Shown piece after piece: positions 1-9,305 of a DNA stretch of 64,000 bases. Numbering within the stretch: position 1 is the stretch's first letter; every line of letters begins with the position of its first letter. Below the pieces are notes generated by a model, which did no database searches, was not told where the DNA came from, and saw only the letters and a program-made list of their open reading frames with translations. Both the position numbers and the translations under genes were made by a program. This DNA comes from Scyliorhinus canicula. Lineage: Eukaryota. The DNA is taken from NCBI RefSeq assembly GCF_902713615.1, contig NC_052161.1:86716236-86780235 (forward strand), written 5' to 3'.

Positions 1-348
1 GATCATTAATAAATCCTGTCTCATTACACAGGACCAGATCTAGGACCGCTTGTTCCCTCGTAGGTTCCATTACACACTGTTCTAGGAAACTATCGCGGAT
101 ACATTCTATAAACTCCTCCTCAAAGTTGCCTTGACCAACCTGGTTAAACAAATTGACATGTAGATTAAAATCCCCCATGATAACTGCTGTACCATTTCTA
201 CATGCATCAGTTATTTCTTTGTTTATTGCCTGCCCCACCATAACGTTACTATTTGGTGGTCTATAGACTACTCCTATCAGTGACTTTTTCGCCTTACTAT
301 TCCTGATTTCCACCCAAATGGATTCAACCTTATCCTCCATGGCACCGA
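1..348 (-). mobile_element. CR1-type LINE ORF2 endonuclease fragment
   Basis: Minus-strand translation gives VESIWVEIRN..LIGVVYRPP..IMGDFN..FLEQCVMEPTREQAVLDLVLCN, the same motifs as the CR1 at 2718-5788. Confidence 0.9.
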
Positions 349-640
349 TGTCATGGACGTTTTATTGAACTATTAGCACAGTTCTCAATGAGTTTGACTC
401 TCTGCTAATCTAAATGTAGTAACTCAGTCTAACTGAACCAGCCTTGCTCTAAGCCACGTGCTGGGGTGTGATGCTGAGGATACACCCTGTCTCACTCTGT
501 AGATGTTGGTCTGTGGAAAGAGGTGGGGCGTGAGTGCCTCATCCCTTTTATAGTGAGATACCACCCCTGAGTGTCCTGACTGCTCATTGGTCATGTCCTA
601 TTCTATGTGTTAATTAGCTGCCTGTTTGCATATCATGACA
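349..640 (-). mobile_element. Isolated LTR-like element (~290 bp)
   Basis: Inverted termini TGTCATG...CATGACA. AATAAA and a TATA-like TATAAAA on the minus strand. No TSD visible. Confidence 0.6.
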
Positions 641-644
641 ACTC

Positions 645-2180
645 AAGAAGATATCTGTACACAGACTGGTGTCTCTCAGTTTCCTCTCTCTCTCAGGGAG
701 ATTTCTGTACACTGACTGGTGTCTCTCAGTTTCCTCTCTCTCTCAGGGAGTTATCTCTACACTGACTGGTGTCTCTCAGTCCCCTCTCTCTCTCAGGGAG
801 ATATCTGTACATTGACTAGTGTCTCTCAGTCCCCTCTCTCTCAGGCAGATATCTGTACACTGACTGGTGTCTCTCAGTCCCCTCTCTCTCTCAGGGAGAT
901 ATCTGTACACTGACTGGTGTCTCTCAGTCCCCTCTCTCTCTCAGGGAGATATCTGTACACTGACTGGTGTCTCTCAGTCCCCTCTCTCTCTCAGGGAGAT
1001 ATCTGTACACGGACTGGTGTCTCTCAGTCCCCTCTCTCTCTCAGGGAGATATCTGTACACTGACTGGTGTCTCTCAGTTCCCCCTCTCTCTCAGGGAGAT
1101 ATCTGTACACTGACTGGTATCTCTCAGTCCCCTCTCTCTCTCAGGGAGATATCTGTACACTGACTGGTGTCTCTTAGTCCCCTGTTTCTCTCTCTCTCAG
1201 GGAGATATCTGTACACTGACTGGTGTCTCTCAGTTTCCTCTCTCTCTCAGGGAGTTATCTCTACACTGACTGGTGTCTCTCAGTCCCCTCTCTCTCTCAG
1301 GGAGATATCTGTACACTGACTAGTGTATCTCAGTCCCCTCTCTCTCTCAGGGAGATATCTGTACACTGATTGGTGTCTCTCAGTCCCCTCTCTCTCTCAG
1401 GGAGATATCTGTACACTGACTGGTGTCTCTCAGTCCCCTGTTTCTCTCTCTCTCAGGGAGATATCTGTACACTGACTGGTGTCTCTCAGTTTCCTCTCTC
1501 TCTCAGGGAGTTATCTCTACACTGACTGGTGTCTCTCAGTCCCCTCTCTCTCTCAGGGAGATATCTGTACATTGACTAGTGTCTCTCAGTCCCCTCTCTC
1601 TCAGGCAGATATCTGTACACTGACTGGTGTCTCTCAGTCCCCTCTCTCTCTCAGGGAGATATCTGTACACTGACTGGTGTCTCTCAGTCCCCTCTCTCTC
1701 TCAGGGAGATATCTGTACACTGACTGGTGTCTCTCAGTCCCCTGTTTCTCTCTCTCTCAGGGAGATATCTGTACACTGACTGGTGTCTCTCAGTTTCCTC
1801 TCTCTCTCAGGGAGTTATCTGTACACTGACTGGTATCTCTCAGTTTCCTCTCTCTCTCAGGGAGTTATCTCTACACTGACTGGTGTCTCTCAGTCCCCTC
1901 TCTCTCTCAGGGAGATATCTGTACACTGACTGGTGTCTCTCAGTCCCCTCTCTCTCTCAGGGAGATATCTGTACACTGACTGGTGTCTCTCAGTCCCCTC
2001 TCTCTCTCAGGGAGATATCTGTACACTGACTGGTGTCTCTCAGGCCCTCTCTCTCTCAGGGAGATATCTGTACACTGACTGGTGTCTCTCAGGCCCCTCT
2101 TTCTCTGGCTGATATCTGTGCACTGACTGGCGTCTCTGCGTCCCCTCTCTCTCAGGGAGATAGGTGTACACTGACTGGTT
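645..2180. repeat. 50-bp minisatellite array with a 760-bp higher-order duplication
   Basis: Unit cagggagatatctgtacactgactggtgtctctcagtcccctctctctct recurs at 851/901/951. ORFs 719-913 and 1479-1673 are identical. Confidence 0.95.
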
Positions 2181-2240
2181 ACAATACAGTTCAACGTTGG
2201 CATTTCAGTCATCATCTCCACAAAAACCAGTTTCAGCAGC

Positions 2241-2308
2241 TTTCACTTCCTGCACCAAGTTTGCAAACAATGGCAGTTACCTTCGGTAAATCGTGAAAGG
2301 AATTCCCC
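2241..2308 (-). promoter_or_regulatory. Candidate immune enhancer island: Ets-IRF composite (GGAAGTGAAA) plus NF-kB site (GGGGAATTCC)
   Basis: Exact consensus matches at 2241-2250 and 2299-2308 in ~150 bp of unique sequence between two satellites. Motif-level evidence only. Confidence 0.3.
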
Positions 2309-2334
2309 CACAGTTTACACACAGCTCAAAACCC

Positions 2335-2673
2335 CCTAGATTCCAGTTTGTAACTCACTCCTGGGTATCTGTTATTCTATATATAAACCACCCCAAACCC
2401 CTCGATTAGATTCCAGTCTGTAACTCACTCCTGGGTATCTGTTATTCTATATATAAACCACCCCAAACCCCTCGATTAGATTCCAGTCTGTAACTCACTC
2501 CCGGGTATCTGTTATTCTATATATAAACCACCCCAAACCCCTCGATTAGATTCCAGTCTGTAACTCACTCCCGGGTATCTGTTATTCTATATATAAACCA
2601 CCCCAAACCCCTCGATTAGATTCCAGTCTGTAACTCACTCCCGGATGTCTGTTATTCTATATATAAACCACCC
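2335..2673. repeat. 70-bp satellite, block 1
   Basis: Unit taactcactcccgggtatctgttattctatatataaaccaccccaaacccctcgattagattccagtctg, period 70 (2351, 2421). Confidence 0.95.
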
Positions 2674-5600
2674 TGTTGTGATAACCACTGTAGATATGCA
2701 TACTTGCAATAGGGGGAAAGTCAGGGAACCAAGAGGTGAAGGAATCAGTGGGAAGCGTAGCTGCTTAGGATTACAAAAAATCACGAAAAGACAGAGCTCA
2801 GGAGAGGTTACGATAGTCCCCATCTCACAAAATATGACACAGTGTATGGAAAGGCTCAGTAAACCAAGGTCCACCACACTAAGAAAACAAAAAGGGACAG
2901 TCAATAGGGAATTAAAGGTGCTATATTTAAATGCCCGCAGTGTACGGAACAAGGTAGATGAACTTGTGGCCCAGATTGTGACTGGCAGGTATGATGTGGT
3001 AGGCATCACAGAGACGTGGTTGCAGGGGGTTCAGGACTGGCAGTTAAACATCCAGGTATTTACAACCTATCGAAAAGACAGAGAGGTGGGTAGAGGGGGC
3101 GGGGTTGCCTTGTTAATTTGAAATTAAATTAAATCAATAGCACTAAACGACATAGGGTCAGACGATGTGGAGTCTGTGTGGGTAGAGTTGAGGAACCACA
3201 AAGGCAAAAAACCATAATGGGAGTTATGTACAGGCCTCCTGACAGTGGTCAGGACCAGGGGCACAAAATGCACCACAAAATAGAAAGGGCATGTCAGAAA
3301 GGCAAGGTCACAGTGATCATGGGGGACTTCAATATGCAGGTGGACTGGGTAAATAATGTTGCCAGTGGACCCAAAGAAAGGGAATTCATTGAATGTTTAC
3401 AGGATGGCTTTTTGGAACAGCTTGTGATGGAGCCCACGAGGGAACAGGCTATTCTGGACTTAGTGTTATGTAATGAGCCAGAATTGATAAAAGATCTTAA
3501 AGTAAGGGAACACTTAGGAAGCAGTGATCATAATATGGTAGAATTCAGTCTGCAATTTGAAAGAAGGAAGGTAGAATCAGATGTAAAGGTTTTACAGTTA
3601 AATAAAGGTAATTACAGGCGCATGAGGGAGGAACTGACGAAAATCGACTGGAAGCAGAGCCTAGTGGGAAAGACAGTAGAACAGCAATGGCAGGAGTTTC
3701 TGGGAGTAATTGAGGACACAGTGCAGAGGTTCATCACAAAGAAAAGAAAGGTTATCAGAGGGAGGATTAGGCAGCCATGGCTGACAAAGGAAGTCAGGAA
3801 ATGCATCAAGGCAAAAGAGAGAGCCTATAATGTGGCAAAGAGTAGTGGGAAGTCAGAAGATTGGGAAGGCTACAAAAACAAACAGAGGATAACAAAGAGA
3901 GAAATAAGGAAGGAGAGGATCAAATATGAAGGTAGGCTAGCCAGTAACATTAGGAATGATAGTAAAAGTTTCTTTAAATACATTAAAAACAAACGGGAGG
4001 CAAAAGTAGACATTGGGCCGCTCCAAAATAACGCTGGTAATCTAGTGATGGGAGACAAGGAAATAGCTGAGGAACTTAATAAGTACTTTGCGTCAGTCTT
4101 CACAGTAGAAGACATGAGTAATATCCCAACAATTCAGGAAAGTCAGGGGGCAGAGTTGAATATGGTTGCCATCACAAAGGAGAAAGTGCTAGAGAAACTA
4201 AAAGGTCTGAAAATTGATAAATCTCCGGGCCCAGATGGGCTACATCCTAGAGTTCTAAAGGAGATAACTGAAGAAGTAGTGGAGGCGTTAGTTACGATCT
4301 TTCAAAAGTCACTGGAATCAGGGAAAGTCCCAGAGGATTGGAAAATTGCTGTTGTAACCCCCCTGTTCAAGAAGGGAACAAGAAAAAAGATGGAAAATTA
4401 TAGGCCAATTAGCCTAACCTCGGTTGTTGGCAAAATTCTAGAATCCATCGTTAAGGATGAGATTTCTAAATTCTTGGAAGTGCAGGGTCGGATTAGGACA
4501 AGTCAGCATGGATCTAGTAAGGGGAGGTCGTGCCTGACAAACCTGTTAGAGTTCTTTGAAGAGATAACAAATAGGTTAGACCAAGGAGAGCCAATGGATG
4601 TTATCTATCTTGACTTCCAAAAGGCCTTTGACAAGGTGCCTCACGGGAGACTGCTGAGTAAAATAAGGGCCCATGGTATTCGAGGCAAGGTACTAACATG
4701 GATTGACGATTGGCTGTCAGACAGAAGGCAGAGAGTTGGGATAAAAGGTTCTTTTTTGGAATGGCAACCGGTGACAAGTGGTGTCCCGCAGGGTTCAGTG
4801 TTGGGGCCACAGCTGTTCTCTTTATATATTAACGATCTAGATGACGGGACTGGGGGCATTCTGGCCAAGTTTGCCGATGATACAAAGATAGGTGGAGGGG
4901 CAGGTAGTATTGAGGAGGTGGGGAGACTGCAGAAAGATTTAGGCAGTTTAGGAGAATGGTCCAAGAAGTGGCTGATGAAATTCAACGTGGGCAAGTGCGA
5001 GGTCTTGCACTTTGGAAAAAAGAATAGAGGCATGGACTATTTTCTAAACTGTGACAAAATTCATAATGCTAAAGTGCAAAGGGACTTGGGAGTCCTAGTC
5101 CAGGATTCTCTAAAGGTAAACTTGCAGGTTGAGTCCGTAATTAAGAAAGCAAATGTAATGTTGTCATTTATCTCAAGAGGCTTGGAATATAAAAGCAGGG
5201 ATGTACTTCTGAGGCTTTATAAAGCACTAGTTAGGCCCCATTTAGAATACTGTGAGCAATTTTGGGCCCCACACCTCAGGAAGGACATACTGGCACTGGA
5301 GCGGGTCCAGCGGAGATTCACACGGATGATCCCAGGAATGGTAGGCCTAACATACGATGAACGTCTGAGGATTGTGGGATTATATTCATTGGAGTTTAGG
5401 AGGTTGAGGGGAGATCTAATAGAAACTTACAAGGTAATGAATGGCTTTGATAGGATGGACGTAAGGAAGTTGTTTCCATTAGCAGGGGAGACTAGGACGC
5501 GGGGGCACAGCCTTAGAATAAAAGGGAGTCACTTTAGAACAGAGATGAGGAGAAATTTCTTCAGCCAGAGAGTGGTAGGTCTGTGGAATTCATTGCCACA

Positions 5601-6024
5601 GAGGGCGGTGGAGGCTGGGACGTTGAGTGTCTTTTAGACAGAAATTGATAAATTCTTGATTTCTCGAGGAATTAAGGGCTGTGGTGAGAGAGCGGGTAAA
5701 TGGAGTTGAAATCAACCATGATTGAATGGTGGAGTGGGCTCGATGGGCCGAATGGCCTTACTTCCGCTCCTATGTCTTATGGTCTTATGGGATGTATGGC
5801 TGTACCTGTAATACAGGTTCCTCCGGTAAGCCCCTGCCGGCTAGCTCCGCCAACAGGGAGCTTGCGTATAAATGTACGAGTGAGTCACTCAGACTCTAGT
5901 CTTCAGTTGCAGCCGGAGGAATAGCATCACACAGCAATAAAGCCCCTATTGTACTTGTCTCTCGTCTTTGAGTATAATTGTTAGCGCCACAATTTATTGT
6001 TGTGTGATGCTATTCCTCCGGCTG
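2674..6024 (+). mobile_element. Gypsy LTR (A' subfamily) split by a CR1 insertion: 2674-2717 and 5789-5991, followed by a 32-nt inverted copy (5993-6024)
   Basis: Both pieces align to the LTR at 9306-9550 (TGT.GTGA.ATAACCACTGTAG...GGGGGA|GGGATGTATG...AATAAA...GCGCCACA). GGGA is duplicated at the CR1 junctions. Confidence 0.85.
2718..5788 (+). mobile_element. CR1 LINE with near-complete ORF2 (EN+RT), inactivated
   Basis: YLNARS..GITETW endonuclease, 819-aa ORF 3178-5637 with QGSVLGP and KFADDTK RT motifs, TCTTATGG-type tail. Two in-frame stops at ~3119-3127 and a frameshift at ~3210. Confidence 0.95.
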
Positions 6025-9000
6025 AATCCTCGATTAGATTCCAGTCTGTAACTCACTCCCGGGTATCTGTTATTCTATACATAAACCACCCAAAACCCCT
6101 CGATTAGATTCCAGTCTGTAACTCACTCCCGGGTATCTGTTATTCTATACATAAACCACCCAAAACCCCTCGATTAGATTCCAGACTGTAACTCACTCTC
6201 GGGTATCTGTTATCCTGTATATTAATCATCCCGAACACCTCGATTAGATTCCAGATCAGTGTTCTTCAATGTCGAGGTGGGTGTCGAGAGGGTCGTGGAG
6301 CCGTTGTCCGCGGCACTCCCGATAGCACAAATCCCGCACAGCAACCGGCTTTTCATAACGCATGCATGATGATTGGCGCACATGCGCATTCCGCGAACAT
6401 GTCAAAAAGAAATTTGCCCGCATTGCGCATGCGTGCACGATGATCGCCGCGCATACGCAAATGTGGCCGCTATTTTTTTAGTCGGTTGCAGCTTTTGTTT
6501 TACAAGAGCTGCAGTGGTTTTTATTCATTTATTTTATTCACTTAATTTTTATTTTTTTCATTTATATTATTCATTTTATTTTTTTTACAAGTTCTGGGGA
6601 ATTTATTCGTTTTTATCATTTATTTTATTCAATTTTTTAACAAGTTCGGGGGGGTTTTATTCGCTTTTTTCATTTATTTAACTCATTTTATTTTTAATTT
6701 TATCTTTACAAGTTCGGGGGGGGGGGGGGGGGGGGGTTATTTGATAAACTTTTACAGGATCAAAATGCAGAACTTTGGACAGATGGAGACTCCATAATCT
6801 CCGACACCGAAAGCTTCACCTTCATCCAACAGGTTCCATTGGAGGAGCGTGTACGAGGGCCAAAGGGACCCAAAACTATTTCCTCCATTTTTGTCAGCAG
6901 CAAACAAGGTAAGAGAAAATGGTGGGTCGCGCAGGTCGGCAGGCGTGGGTCGCGCAGGTCGGCCGGCGTGGGTCGCGCAGGTCAGCAGGCGTGGATTGCG
7001 CAGGTCGGCAGGCGTGGGTCGCGCAGGTCGGCAGGCGTGGGTCGCGCAGGTCGGCCGGCGTGGGTCGCGAAGGACGACCGGGTTGGGTCCCGAAGGTTGG
7101 CCGGTTGGTAAACATGGGTCCCAGGAAAAAAAGTTTGAAGAACACTGTTGCAGATTGCAATTCACTCCCGGGTGTCGATAATTCTTTAAATAAACAACCC
7201 CGAACAGCACGATTAGATTCCAGTCTGTAACTTACTCCCGGGTACCTGTTATTCTGTATATAAACCACCCTGAACCCCTCGATTAGATTCCAGTCTGTAA
7301 CTCACTCCCGGGTATCTGTTATTCTGTATATAAACCACCCTGAACCCCTCGATTAGATTCCATCTGTAACTCACTCCCGGGTACCTTTTATTCTGTATAT
7401 AAACCACCCTGAACCCCTCGATTAGATTCCATCTGTAACTCACTCCCGGGTATCTGTTATTCTACATATAAACCACCCCAACCCCTCGATTAGATTCCAG
7501 TCTGTAACTCACTCCCGGGTATCTGTTATTCTTTATATAAACCACCCTGAACCCCTCGATTAGATTCCAGTCTGTAACTCACACCCCGGTATCTGTTATT
7601 CTATATATAAACCACCCCGAATCCCTCGATTAGTTTCCATCTGGAACTCACTACCGGGAAACCACCTCAAACCCCTCACTAAGATTCCATCTGTAGCTCA
7701 CTCCCGGTATCTGATATTCTATATATAACCCACCCTGAACCCCTTGATTAGATTCCAGACTGTAACTCACTCCCGGGTATCTGTTATTCTATATATAAAC
7801 CACCCCAACCTCCTCGATTAGATTCCAGTCTGTAACTCACTCCCGGGTATCTGTTATTCTATATATAAACCACCCTGAACCCCTCGATTAGATTCCAGTC
7901 TGTAACTCACTCCCGGGTATCTGTTATTCTTTATATAAACCATCCGAACCCCTCGATTGGATTCCAGTCTGTAATTCACACCCCGGTATCTGTTATTCTA
8001 TATATAAACCACCCCGAATCCCTCGATTAGATTCCATCTGGAACTCACTACCGGGAAACCACCTCAAACCCCTCACTAAGATTCCATCTGTAGCTCACTC
8101 CCGGTATCTGATATTCTATATATAACCCACCCTGAACCCCTTGATTAGATTCCAGACTGTAACTCACTCCCGGGTATCTGTTATTCTATATATAAACCAC
8201 CCCAACCCCCTCGATTAGATTCCAGTCTGTAACTCACTCCCGGGTATCTGTTATTCTATATATAAACCACCCTGAACCCCTCGATTAGATTCCAGTCTGT
8301 AACTCACTCCCGGGTATCTGTTATTCTATATATAAACCATCCCGAACACCTCGATTAGATTCCAGTCTGTAACTCACTCCCGGGTATCTGTTATTCTTTA
8401 TATAAACCATCCGAACCCCTCGATTGGATTCCAGTCTGTAACTCACTCCCGGGTATCTGTTATTCTATATATAAACCACCCTGAACCCCTCGATTAGATT
8501 CCAGTCTGTAACTCACTCACGGGTAGCTGTTATTCTATATATAAACCACCCTGAACCCCTCGATTAGTTTCCAATGTGTAACTCATTACCGGGTATCTGT
8601 TATTCTATATATAAACCACCCTGAACCCAGCGATTAGATTCCAGTCTGAACTCACTCCCGGGTATCTGTTATTCTATATATAAACCACCCTGAACCCCTC
8701 GATTAGATTCCAGTCTGTAACTCACTCCCGGGTATCTGTTATTCTATATATAAACTACCCCGAACCCCTCGATTTGATTCCAGTCTGTAACTCACTCCCG
8801 GGTATGTTATTCTTTTTATAAACCACCCCTTACCCCTCAATTACATTCTAGTCTGTAACTCACTCCGGGTATCTGTTATTCTATATATAACCCACCCTGA
8901 ACCCCTCCATTAGATTCCAGTCTGTAACTCACTCCCATGTATCTGTTATTCTATATATAAACCCCCCCCTAATCACTCGATTTGATTCCAGTCTGTAACT

Positions 9001-9305
9001 CACTCCCGGGCATGTTATTCTTTTTATAAACCACCCCTTACCCCTCAATTACATTCTAGTCTGTAACTCACTCCGGGTATCTGTTATTCTATATATAACC
9101 CACCCTGAACCCCTCCATTAGATTCCAGTCTGTAACTCACTCCCGGGTATCTGTTATTCTATATATAACCCACCCTGAACCCCTCCATTAGATTCCAGTC
9201 TGTAACTCACTCCCATGTATCTGTTATTCTCTATATAAACCCCCCCCGAATCACTCGATTAGATTCCAGTCTGAACTCACTCCCGGGTATCTGTTATTCC
9301 ATATA
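6025..9305. repeat. 70-bp satellite, blocks 2-3 (6025-6256 and 7148-9305), interrupted by the hAT MITE
   Basis: Same 70-bp unit, with phase continuous across the insertions. Confidence 0.95.
6257..7147. mobile_element. Non-autonomous hAT (Charlie-like) DNA transposon
   Basis: 13-bp TIRs CAGTGTTCTTCAA / TTGAAGAACACTG, 8-bp TSD ttccagat/ttgcagat, GC-rich subterminal GGGTCGCG repeats (6920-7075), no transposase. Confidence 0.85.

Noticed and set aside
2190-2285. Possible plus-strand exon (tacag|...|gtaaat)
   Set aside because: No polypyrimidine tract, no recognisable protein, no partner exons.
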